Shown: in pieces, positions 9,116-16,807 of the stretch
Layout of the letters: the number at the start of each line of letters is the position of its first letter
How positions within the stretch are numbered: position 1 is the stretch's first letter
Virus record (IMG/VR): IMGVR_UViG_3300009418_000023
Location: 1-53,605 of that record
Reading direction: 5' to 3' (one strand)
From: a virus
Lineage: Duplodnaviria > Caudoviricetes
DNA: 53,605 nt
Made by a program: the position numbers and the translations under genes
The notes under the pieces: model-generated
Told to the model about the DNA's origin: nothing
Seen by the model: only the letters and a program-made list of their open reading frames with translations
Database searches by the model: none

Positions 9116-10108
9116 TTAACCCACAAGTTGAAGAGCAGAGCGGAACACTTTAGTAGAATCTTTAGCATTCGTACCAATCAAGTTGCTATAGGCAGCAGAA
9201 GCGGGGGTCTTCTTACGTCCTCTAGTAGCAACGCGGTGCTGAATGTGATTCGTAACAGAGTTCGCTGCAATCCAAAGATTTATACCAAAGTCTTTGGCTT
9301 CTTCCTCAAACGTATTAGTCCATGAAGAAATCTCAACAGCAGCCTTAACCTTTTCTGCTTCCTCTTCTTCATTGGTGGGGTTGTTAACAATAGTTACATC
9401 GTTAAGCATCTGATATACAGACACGAAGAACTTCTTAACATCCTCTACCGTGGGCTCAGTACGGCCAAGAACTTTGACAGTATTCTCAAAGAATGTACCT
9501 ACCTCATTGTAACGCATGACAGCATCACGGGCAGCATCCATCTTTTCTTCCATATTACCAGCATGTTTAATACTGATCTTGTTAGTAGCTTTGTCAGCCT
9601 GACCAATAACCATATCTAGTGTGTTCTTACATACAACACGTACAGATGTGGGTAGTGCGGTCATAGACATACTACCATCATGACTCCAGAATAAAGCCAT
9701 GTACTTATTAACTGCATCATTATAAACAGCATCAAACGTTTCTCCCTTAAGGAGTAAGTAAACCTTTGAACCGTTCTGGACTGAGCCTGCCGACTCAACC
9801 TTTACATCCTTACCGAAACACTCAGCAAGTCTGAACACTTCCTCATTCTGAAGTACTTTGTAGTTTGATCCTACAATACCCAGAATATCAGAAGTATCTT
9901 GTCGTATAATAGCATGATGATCATCACTATAAGACATAAGTGGAGTGTTGGTAAGGATACCATTACTCTTGCTTACTTTCCAACCAAGGTCGGCTTGCTC
10001 AAGTGCATCACTAATACTAAACGGATTCTCAATTACCTTACCAAGGCCGTGCCATGCAGGCTTAGCAAAGTATACTGCAGAATCATTCTCCGTCATCTCG
10101 TGTGACAT
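9116..10108 (-). CDS. DUF932 / TIGR03299-like phage-plasmid protein
   Basis: PAWHGLG, YKVLQNEE, ESAGS, SHDGS, SVRVVCKNTL. Confidence 0.88.
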   Translation of the reverse strand: MSHEMTENDSAVYFAKPAWHGLGKVIENPFSISDALEQADLGWKVSKSNGILTNTPLMSYSDDHHAIIRQDTSDILGIVGSNYKVLQNEEVFRLAECFGKDVKVESAGSVQNGSKVYLLLKGETFDAVYNDAVNKYMALFWSHDGSMSMTALPTSVRVVCKNTLDMVIGQADKATNKISIKHAGNMEEKMDAARDAVMRYNEVGTFFENTVKVLGRTEPTVEDVKKFFVSVYQMLNDVTIVNNPTNEEEEAEKVKAAVEISSWTNTFEEEAKDFGINLWIAANSVTNHIQHRVATRGRKKTPASAAYSNLIGTNAKDSTKVFRSALQLVG

Positions 10109-10268
10109 TAGTATCTCCTTCTATATTGTCACTCAATAAACTTTCCCAATCTTTATTTTCCCACTGTTGAAGAATACCTTTAGTTTCTCGGCGGGACTTA
10201 TAACTCTTAGTCTTTCCTTTTGGTTTATCGTCTTTCTTTGGCTTCCTTCTCTTCTCTTCTCGTCGCAC
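10083..10268 (-). CDS. Small basic hypothetical protein
   Basis: GTG start after AGGAGG; packed operon. Confidence 0.55.
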   Translation of the reverse strand: MRREEKRRKPKKDDKPKGKTKSYKSRRETKGILQQWENKDWESLLSDNIEGDTNVTRDDGE

Positions 10269-10431
10269 GATCTCCCTCCTCGGTTGATAGAATATATTCT
10301 AATACATCACCCACTGGTATCCAACCAGCAGTTTCATGTAAGACGAAACCATCGTCTGTGTAATCACAAATATATCCAGTCCGAAGTAAGGAATCAAAAA
10401 GAGTAGAAGTTATAGTAACTTGTATTTCCAT
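10225..10431 (-). CDS. Hypothetical protein
   Basis: GAGG RBS; packed operon. Confidence 0.65.
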   Translation of the reverse strand: MEIQVTITSTLFDSLLRTGYICDYTDDGFVLHETAGWIPVGDVLEYILSTEEGDRATRREEKEAKERR

Positions 10432-10746
10432 TTATACCTCATAAACCTTATACTTAGCTACGTAGTGTGGGTGATCATACTCAGCTGACTCTAGTTCAGC
10501 CACCCAATCGAGTTCTTGATCGGTTTCAATGTCTCGTAGATAGCCTGTAATATTTACATATATCATCTCGTCCTTGTCAGTAGTGTATTCTACCATAGCC
10601 ACATCATCTGTCAAGCGCATTCTCATACATACATCATTTTCTTTTGATCCATGCCATTCGTAGGTACCAATCCCCTCATCTTCATAAGCATACTCTAGCT
10701 GTTCATTAATCTGATCTCTTACATCATCCTCAAGTAATATCGTCAT
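10432..10746 (-). CDS. Hypothetical acidic protein
   Basis: Packed early operon; D/E-rich. Confidence 0.7.
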   Translation of the reverse strand: MTILLEDDVRDQINEQLEYAYEDEGIGTYEWHGSKENDVCMRMRLTDDVAMVEYTTDKDEMIYVNITGYLRDIETDQELDWVAELESAEYDHPHYVAKYKVYEV

Positions 10747-10936
10747 CGAATCTCCTAGCTTTATAAGTAGCCTTGCTATCTTTATTCAACCATTGAACAT
10801 CTGCAGTAGTGGATTGTCTGGTAGGATATATAGCGGGTAAGTCTACCCAGTCTACATTATCATCCCAGTAACCACCATCAGTTAGCCATCCTTCTGAAGC
10901 ACCTGATACCCAGATACCCCATTCTTGCTTAGCCAT
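10730..10936 (-). CDS. Hypothetical protein
   Basis: GGAG RBS; packed operon. Confidence 0.7.
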   Translation of the reverse strand: MAKQEWGIWVSGASEGWLTDGGYWDDNVDWVDLPAIYPTRQSTTADVQWLNKDSKATYKARRFDDDIT

Positions 10937-11028
10937 TATGGTTCTCCATTACAAACACAATACACTGCATATAGAATCGCACATGCAGGTAGTAATAACA
11001 TTATAATTAATACAGGTATAGGTATCAT
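10936..11028 (-). CDS. Tiny hydrophobic peptide (30 aa)
   Basis: MIPIPVLIIMLLLPACAILYAVYCVCNGEP overlaps both neighbours (ATGA and TAATG). Confidence 0.4.
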   Translation of the reverse strand: MIPIPVLIIMLLLPACAILYAVYCVCNGEP

Positions 11029-11267
11029 AGCTGTGCCACCCATAGAATCCCAAAGATACCACAAGCAACTACAATAGCAATAATAACACCACCAACAATC
11101 CAAAAGTTCCTTTCTTTCCTACGTTCACGGGCTCTTTCTTGCCACGATGTAGTAGTTGTACGAGGAACCATATCATAAGAAGGGTAGGGACTGTTGTCTT
11201 TCTTTATTACCTTCTTAAGCATTTCCTTTTGCTTTCTCTTAGTATACATCTCATTCCAATAAGCCAT
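11025..11267 (-). CDS. Membrane-anchored hypothetical protein
   Basis: Start MAYWNE after AAGGAG (the longer track ORF overlaps the tRNA); C-terminal TM helix. Confidence 0.7.
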   Translation of the reverse strand: MAYWNEMYTKRKQKEMLKKVIKKDNSPYPSYDMVPRTTTTSWQERARERRKERNFWIVGGVIIAIVVACGIFGILWVAQL

Positions 11268-11282
11268 TGTTGTTCTCCTTAA

Positions 11283-11356
11283 TAGCTCCGGTGGGACTCG
11301 AACCCACACTGTATGGATTTTAAGTCCACTGCCTCTGCCAATTGGGCTACGGAGCC
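11283..11356 (-). tRNA. tRNA-Leu(TAA), short variable arm
   Basis: GGCTCCG TAGCCCAATTGGCAGAGGC A GTGGA CTTAAAA TCCAT ACAGT GTGGG TTCGAGT CCCAC CGGAGCT A folds as a full cloverleaf. Confidence 0.9.
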
Positions 11357-11359
11357 AAA

Positions 11360-11432
11360 CACTCCGGGCAGGATTCGAACCTGCGACCCACGGTTTAGAA
11401 GACCGTTGCTCTGTCCCCTGAGCTACCGGAGC
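11360..11432 (-). tRNA. tRNA-Arg(TCT)
   Basis: GCTCCGG TAGCTCAGGGGACAGAGC A ACGGT CTTCTAA ACCGT GGGTC GCAGG TTCGAAT CCTGC CCGGAGT G folds as a full cloverleaf. Confidence 0.93.
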
Positions 11433-11436
11433 AGCA

Positions 11437-11730
11437 TCAGTAGGATCTCCAGTGTTCTTCGTCTTCGGTTTCTATAAATGTAATAGTTACCTTCGATGGC
11501 CTACCTTCATCGTTGAACTCAATCTCAACAGGGTAAGCTCCATCACCGTATCCACTAGAGACAGCGACACCAACGCCGTGTCCCAAGGGTGTCGATACAC
11601 CCTCATGGGTATGCAGTTTATCACAGAAGTCCATCCAATCAGTGACTCTGTTAGTTGCATTATCACCCATGACATAGCACGGGTCGCCAATCCAGATAAG
11701 ACCAGCATCAACATATACTTCTTTAGTCAT
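11437..11730 (-). CDS. Hypothetical protein (DUF4241-like motifs)
   Basis: Start MTKEVYV after AAGGAG; VDAGLIWIGDPCY and SGYGDGAYPV. Confidence 0.7.
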   Translation of the reverse strand: MTKEVYVDAGLIWIGDPCYVMGDNATNRVTDWMDFCDKLHTHEGVSTPLGHGVGVAVSSGYGDGAYPVEIEFNDEGRPSKVTITFIETEDEEHWRSY

Positions 11731-12037
11731 CTGATTTCTCCTTCTCTTCTTCTGCAATTCGTTCAACCATATCAAGTGCTTCGTCGAATGCAGATGCTTT
11801 CTGTTCTTTATCTTGTAGTTTCTTGGTTGCCCAAGGACATTCATCTATACTATCCACTTCCCAGTCACGCATCTCACTATCATCGGCTTCCCAGCCTTCC
11901 CAGTCATACTCCCAAGGGTCATTCATAAACAAATCCTCTGCTTCATCCTTGGTTTCTGCCTCGACTATAGCGTAACACTTTCCCCATGATGTTTCCGAAT
12001 AATGAATTGTGATTTCAAATGCTTTCTTCATCTTCAT
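11723..12037 (-). CDS. Hypothetical acidic protein
   Basis: Probable start MKMKKAF after GAGGAG; VEAETKDEA motif common in small phage proteins. Confidence 0.7.
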   Translation of the reverse strand: MKMKKAFEITIHYSETSWGKCYAIVEAETKDEAEDLFMNDPWEYDWEGWEADDSEMRDWEVDSIDECPWATKKLQDKEQKASAFDEALDMVERIAEEEKEKSDD

Positions 12038-12308
12038 CCTCCTCAACTTCAAACCATTGAGCATAGTATTCAACTAAGTTATCAATACCATCAAGACTAC
12101 CGCAGCCATCACGGCCACCGCATTGCCAATAGAAAGTTTCGGCTACTTCCATCCAATGCTTAGCCTCACGTTCTGCCCAGTATACTTCCTCGTTGAAGTC
12201 AGACTGCTTACGCCTTTCGTAGTATTCATCACCATCAGGTGGTACACCCCACATAGCAGAGCTGGGGCATGTACCCCACATGTCAGGCTTATCATTCAGA
12301 TTCATCAT
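12015..12308 (-). CDS. Hypothetical protein
   Basis: Packed operon. Confidence 0.65.
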   Translation of the reverse strand: MMNLNDKPDMWGTCPSSAMWGVPPDGDEYYERRKQSDFNEEVYWAEREAKHWMEVAETFYWQCGGRDGCGSLDGIDNLVEYYAQWFEVEEDEDEESI

Positions 12309-12567
12309 CTTCTAACCTTTCAGCTACAAGTTTCTCAACAGCACTACGGAAGTCATCTTCATAGGCACAGCCATGTCGATCCATCCAGTCTTCCGCCATT
12401 ACCTCGACATCAGACTCAAGATCTCCTGCTATGTTCTCACCGATCTCTTCAAATGCCTCTTCCATTTCATGGTCAGTTGCTTCCAGTTCATACTGGATCT
12501 CCCGCCAGATATGGGTGCTGGGCATGTAGTGGTTCACGATATATTGTAAATCATAAATCATACTCAT
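12292..12567 (-). CDS. Hypothetical acidic protein
   Basis: Packed operon; strongly D/E-rich. Confidence 0.7.
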   Translation of the reverse strand: MSMIYDLQYIVNHYMPSTHIWREIQYELEATDHEMEEAFEEIGENIAGDLESDVEVMAEDWMDRHGCAYEDDFRSAVEKLVAERLEDDESE

Positions 12568-12683
12568 TAGTTTTTCCGTCCTTTTCTACGGAGTCCATAC
12601 TTATTCTTCTTAGAACGACGGGGCTTACCCTTCTTTCTAATGTTAGCAATGTGTGACATATCAGCAATTGTTTGCTTAGCCAT
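12567..12683 (-). CDS. Small basic peptide (38 aa)
   Basis: MAKQTIADMSHIANIRKKGKPRRSKKNKYGLRRKGRKN; GAGG RBS; fills the gap with overlaps at both ends. Confidence 0.55.
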   Translation of the reverse strand: MAKQTIADMSHIANIRKKGKPRRSKKNKYGLRRKGRKN

Positions 12684-12945
12684 TGTCAATATCCTCTAAA
12701 TAAAGCATACTTCGAATCATACATAAAGGTATCTTAGTTAAGTGCCCACATTCTTTGTCACCAATAGAATCCGTGACAGATATATGAGTTGAGTACTCTC
12801 CTATAAGAAAGCCTACGGTTTGCATAATAGGGGGAGGAGATTCAATAGAAGACTTAAGATCCTCTAACTCCTGCCATCCATTATCACCTATAGTTTCAGC
12901 ATCAATCCACAATATCTTTACTATAGGGTTTATTATTGCGTTCAT
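12676..12945 (-). CDS. Hypothetical phage protein
   Basis: Start MNAII after AGGAG; V.I.W.DA...GW...TVGFLI...IP pattern. Confidence 0.7.
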   Translation of the reverse strand: MNAIINPIVKILWIDAETIGDNGWQELEDLKSSIESPPPIMQTVGFLIGEYSTHISVTDSIGDKECGHLTKIPLCMIRSMLYLEDIDNG

Positions 12946-13192
12946 ATTGAAGCTCCTGAAACTTTCTAACACTTTCGTGTATAGGTTCATAACCTATATA
13001 GCCATATTCTTCCAACCAATTAAGAACATTACCGTCCTTGTTTGATTTAAACACTAAGGTTTCCCATCCTCCATGATCTCGGGCAAGTATACGCGAAACC
13101 ACATAATATTTACCCTTGATCATATGAAGTTCCTGTCTCTCTTTATCGACAAGATCTTCCTTCATACTTAACTCTTTTACAAAAGTTTCCAT
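12902..13192 (-). CDS. Hypothetical protein
   Basis: Packed operon; WETLVF; start uncertain. Confidence 0.6.
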   Translation of the reverse strand: METFVKELSMKEDLVDKERQELHMIKGKYYVVSRILARDHGGWETLVFKSNKDGNVLNWLEEYGYIGYEPIHESVRKFQELQYERNNKPYSKDIVD

Positions 13193-13193
13193 A

Positions 13194-13643
13194 TTACCAT
13201 ACTTCAAACCCATCTCCACAGTTGCGGAGGAAAGTTATCCATTCCTTTATATGTTCCCATCGAGTACCGTATGCAGACATTACATCTACCTCAGGTTCAT
13301 CAACAGGATTAACGAAGCGATGTCCGCCATGTTCATTAGGCTCTCGTTCAATCCACATATCGAGATCATCGAGTTCCTCTGGTGCGTATATCTCTTCTGT
13401 TGTTGCCATCTCATTCCAATCAAGCCATTCTTCCATAAGGTCTGCCATCTTCTGGCATACCTCTTCAGAGCGAGGACCGCCGCCACTATTCTCTGCCATA
13501 AGATCCCATTCTTGATGGGTCAAATGATCAGCAGCACCACTGTTAGCCATAGCTACACATAAGGGTCGCCATGACCAGCAGTTAGCACGAAAGTACTCAC
13601 CCTCTTTAGTCTTAGGATTAACTCCTACTACGTCCATGCCCAT
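13194..13643 (-). CDS. Hypothetical phage protein
   Basis: Start MGMDV after AAGGAG; GEYFRANCWSWRPL and C-terminal FLRNCGDGFEVW. Confidence 0.8.
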   Translation of the reverse strand: MGMDVVGVNPKTKEGEYFRANCWSWRPLCVAMANSGAADHLTHQEWDLMAENSGGGPRSEEVCQKMADLMEEWLDWNEMATTEEIYAPEELDDLDMWIEREPNEHGGHRFVNPVDEPEVDVMSAYGTRWEHIKEWITFLRNCGDGFEVW

Positions 13644-13644
13644 T

Positions 13645-13959
13645 TCAGGCTCCTTTGTTAAACTCTTTTTTCCATTGCATATAAACAGGAGGTAAGTCGT
13701 TACGTCTACGAGTCCCCACCTTAGGGGTTGCAGAAACAAACTTACCTTCCTTATCGGTTACATGATCCCAATCCTCAGCATATGCCTCAATAGGAAGATA
13801 CAAATCTATCTCACCATTAAGATGCATATATTGTAGGGAGTTGAGATCATTACAATCTTTACAATTAAACCTATTACCGTTGATCTTGATAGCCTTACCC
13901 TTATAGGTAAACTCAGAACCAACAGGCTTAAGGTTATCCTGAAGCCATTTCTTCAGCAT
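13645..13959 (-). CDS. Hypothetical protein
   Basis: AAGGAG RBS. Confidence 0.75.
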   Translation of the reverse strand: MLKKWLQDNLKPVGSEFTYKGKAIKINGNRFNCKDCNDLNSLQYMHLNGEIDLYLPIEAYAEDWDHVTDKEGKFVSATPKVGTRRRNDLPPVYMQWKKEFNKGA

Positions 13960-13969
13960 TACTTACTCC

Positions 13970-14326
13970 TTACAGGTTGATTGCAGTGAAGGATACAGTC
14001 GATCCTTCGGTGGCGTTCTCGTATACCTTCCTATTATAGAAAGGATTCTTCACGCTGTCAACCCCTCGAAAGAACTTCTTTACATTATTATCTGTACGAA
14101 TCTGGAACACATAGCCCTTGATTGGGACATGTGTATCTTCAATATACAGATCATAATCTGGGTACTGATTCAACAGGTTGTTGATTGCAGCTACCCCTAG
14201 TTCTACCTCGGTTCCGTTGAACCAAGTCTCCCAGTCACCTTCATTGTCATGGCACGCTTCAACAGAGAAGCTAGGCACATCAAATCCAGAAACTCGGGAA
14301 CGTACTGTAATGTTTGGATACATCAT
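13970..14326 (-). CDS. Hypothetical protein
   Basis: GGAG RBS. Confidence 0.75.
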   Translation of the reverse strand: MMYPNITVRSRVSGFDVPSFSVEACHDNEGDWETWFNGTEVELGVAAINNLLNQYPDYDLYIEDTHVPIKGYVFQIRTDNNVKKFFRGVDSVKNPFYNRKVYENATEGSTVSFTAINL

Positions 14327-14328
14327 TA

Positions 14329-14541
14329 TTATTCTCCAAAGTTTGAATTCATCTCCACACCTACGTTAGCGTGAAGTTTCTCAAGTTCGTTCAATCGACT
14401 GAAAGCCAAGGATCGTACCTCAGTCTCAGTCTTATCAGTGTCAGTTACATTAGGGAAACTCTCTCGAATTTCCACAGGGTTACCAAAGCCGTCTACGGTA
14501 TTATACACGAAGACACAATAGGTGTTATCATTCATCATCAT
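14329..14541 (-). CDS. Hypothetical protein
   Basis: AGGAG RBS; ATGA overlap. Confidence 0.7.
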   Translation of the reverse strand: MMMNDNTYCVFVYNTVDGFGNPVEIRESFPNVTDTDKTETEVRSLAFSRLNELEKLHANVGVEMNSNFGE

Positions 14542-14849
14542 TTATCTCCTAGATACCAGTCAAGAAACTCAAGCTCTATCCAATGCTTATGATCCTCTAT
14601 TGAGTATACCATGGAATCTTCGTAAGTATGAAGCATAGCATGGAGATCCCATTGTTCGGAATCGAATCTTTCTTTGTATTCCTCATATGGAATCTCAGTC
14701 CACGTACCCTCAGTGAATTGGGTAGGTAGATTGCTGGCAAAGAAATACTCATCAGAAATTGCATCAGAGATCAATTCCTTGGCATTATCGGGGGCTTGCC
14801 ATACCCAATTCCGATACCCGTATTCTTCGTCTACTAAAACTGTAAGCAT
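14538..14849 (-). CDS. Hypothetical protein
   Basis: Start MLTVLV after AAGGAG. Confidence 0.75.
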   Translation of the reverse strand: MLTVLVDEEYGYRNWVWQAPDNAKELISDAISDEYFFASNLPTQFTEGTWTEIPYEEYKERFDSEQWDLHAMLHTYEDSMVYSIEDHKHWIELEFLDWYLGDK

Positions 14850-14870
14850 AACTGCTCCTTTGAAATAAAC

Positions 14871-14968
14871 TAGCCCCGTGGGAATCGAACCCACTAGTCT
14901 TTAGTTTTTAGGCTCTACGTCACCCTACTTACCCTAGACACGTAGAATGTAGTCACCTCGACAGGGCA
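14871..14968 (-). ncRNA. tRNA-like structured RNA (T-arm, non-canonical body)
   Basis: GTGGG-TTCGATT-CCCAC T-arm; terminal GCCCTG/CGGGGC pairing possible; internal TCTACGT...ACGTAGA stem; no normal D or anticodon arm. Confidence 0.45.
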
Positions 14969-15072
14969 TTAGATTGTTCCAGTGTATTACCAGTTATACT
15001 ACATACGCGACGCGCGTAGTACATTACATACTATATTTCGCCATATGAACGGGAGTCGAACCCGTATCTCTG

Positions 15073-15144
15073 GAATGTTAGAGTAGTTTAGTGTCATGAG
15101 GCTTATATTGCCTTCCCATAGAGTTACCGCTCTTACTCAGGACA
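15073..15144 (-). repeat. ~72-bp direct repeat copy 1, putative pseudoknotted ncRNA
   Basis: Near-identical to 15837-15909. Confidence 0.85.
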
Positions 15145-15445
15145 AGTATATCGACCCATCCCGAAGGTTCCCGCCAAGGGTAGTGGCGCTATCATTCCTT
15201 ATAAAGATGACACATTTGCTACTCTTGGCTGCATCTAAACCTCAACCTAGCCCCTTCAACCGTCCAACATTACTAGGCATGTCTATATAGTTCATAGTGC
15301 AGAGGATTAGGCTACACAACCGTCAGGGGTGGCTCAATTAGTCTCACTTGGCTAGCACAATGCAAGCCCTAATGATACATCACATGAAGCGGTCTATGGC
15401 AGGGTCATGACTCCCTACATCCCTTTGTTCTCACACGTGTAAAAA

Positions 15446-15524
15446 TGGAGGCGGGCGGAGTCGAACCGCCGTCTTCGAGAGTCCGACATGCGGAGTTCTC
15501 TCGAATCTAAACCAAATCACCCCC
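15446..15524 (-). ncRNA. Mini tmRNA-like RNA (tRNA-like domain only, G3-U70 Ala acceptor)
   Basis: GGGGGTG ATTTGGTTTAGA TTCGAGAG..CTCTCGAA GAC GGCGG TTCGACT CCGCC CGCCTCC A. Confidence 0.75.
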
Positions 15525-15588
15525 CATAACGCGGAAGCCAGCGTGCTACCAGTCATAACACTACTAGGCCCAAGGTGCGACCTTGGCG

Positions 15589-15785
15589 TAACCTAGACAG
15601 GATTCGAACCTGTTCTACTGGACTCTCCTTGTTGATTGTTGACCGGCAGGATTCTCTATACCTGCAACCGAGAGATATCGTAAAGATATGGTCACCTCAG
15701 TACCAGCGTGATCCCAGTCAAGGGAATGCCCTAAACCACTTGGTCGTTGGGCAGACTACCACAGTCTACGCTTGTGCCTTAGGCT
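15589..15785 (-). ncRNA. ~197-nt multi-hairpin RNA closed by an acceptor-like stem and T-arm
   Basis: ACAGG-TTCGAAT-CCTGT then CTAGGTT-A; 5' AGCCTA pairs with TAGGTT; internal hairpins GTAGACT/AGTCTGC, TCCC/GGGA, GCAGG/CCTGC. Confidence 0.45.
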
Positions 15786-15836
15786 CCGATGTCAGAAGCC
15801 TTATTCAGCCACGGTCTACCCCCGTCGGGGTGTGTT

Positions 15837-15909
15837 GAATGTTGGAGTAGTTTCAAGTCATGAGGCTTATATTGCCTTACCATAGAGTTACACACTCTTA
15901 CTCAGGACA
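15837..15909 (-). repeat. ~72-bp direct repeat copy 2, putative pseudoknotted ncRNA
   Basis: Near-identical to 15073-15144. Confidence 0.85.
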
Positions 15910-16107
15910 GTGGTGATGCATCCCTCCCAATATTTATACAGGTAGGGAGAATCCCCTGTGATAGTTGTCTCCCCGCATCCTATAGATGCTACGAGGAATT
16001 CACAAGGCTCTCCGAAGATAGCCTATACCTCTCTAAAGGGAGAAAAGGTGTACCCCCGTTATCGAGGGGTACACCGAAGTTTGTCGAAAAAAGCAGATGC
16101 CCGTAGA

Positions 16108-16386
16108 TCAAGCCTTCTTGTCGGATTTCTCTTCCAACAGGGTAATCTTGATCCCACACGCTTCTAATTCCTTCTGAAACGCGGGTCTCTTCTCGCATGC
16201 CTTCACAGCACGGGATATCCAACGGTTCATTGCCAGCTTACCCCACTCTTTATCCTTCACGCCCATGACATTCCTAGCAGAGCACAGGTTATCCTTGATC
16301 GCCTTCTCGCTATACTCACGAGTAGGAGACTTCTTGGACCGCTCCGCAGGTGTCAGGGGTGTGATTTCGTATTCGTATGTCATCAC
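16108..16386 (-). CDS. Hypothetical protein
   Basis: GGAGG RBS before GTG/ATG. Confidence 0.7.
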   Translation of the reverse strand: MMTYEYEITPLTPAERSKKSPTREYSEKAIKDNLCSARNVMGVKDKEWGKLAMNRWISRAVKACEKRPAFQKELEACGIKITLLEEKSDKKA

Positions 16387-16593
16387 AGACCTCCGTTAAC
16401 CTTAAGTCTAACCTCAGGGTACATACACATAGTATGTAAACCCAATAACAATAACAATACAGACAAACTAAGCTTCAAACTTAGCTCATACTATACTATT
16501 ATACCCATGTATACCGCCCACGCACACAAGTGCTGCTCACACAGCAACTTACCACGTGCCCCGGCGGGCATAACAGAGTAAGGGATACTGAGA

Positions 16594-16697
16594 CAGGCGG
16601 AGCCTGAGCTAGTGTCCCACGGATTACAAGGCGGAGCCTAATCTATACTCCACAGTTGCACATACACGTTCCATATTATATATGCAGGGCGGAGCCC
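16594..16697 (-). promoter_or_regulatory. Three N4-type hairpin promoter candidates (GC-GGA-GC on the + template strand)
   Basis: CAGGC-GGA-GCCTG (16594-16606), AGGC-GGA-GCCT (16629-16639), GGGC-GGA-GCCC (16687-16697). Confidence 0.55.
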
Positions 16698-16704
16698 CTG
16701 TAAA
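16675..16704 (-). promoter_or_regulatory. Putative sigma70-type promoter
   Basis: Minus strand TTTACA-18 nt-TATAAT in an intergenic region, pointing into the early genes. Confidence 0.45.
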
Positions 16705-16740
16705 GACAGGCCACACTTGACTAATAAATAGTCGGTTCAG

Positions 16741-16775
16741 AAAAGCCCCCCTGAGGAATCTCACCTCAGAGGGGT
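16741..16775 (-). terminator. Rho-independent terminator
   Basis: Minus strand CCCCTCTGAGG-TGAGATT-CCTCAGGGGGG followed by CTTTT, downstream of 16808-17371. Confidence 0.75.
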
Positions 16776-16807
16776 GGAGTTTATTCAGTCTTTACTTAAG
16801 ACTTAAC

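Noticed and set aside
15073-15909. Duplicated repeat as a CRISPR array or hammerhead
   Set aside because: Only two 72-bp copies 764 bp apart with no spacer periodicity; CTGAGTA does not match CUGANGA.
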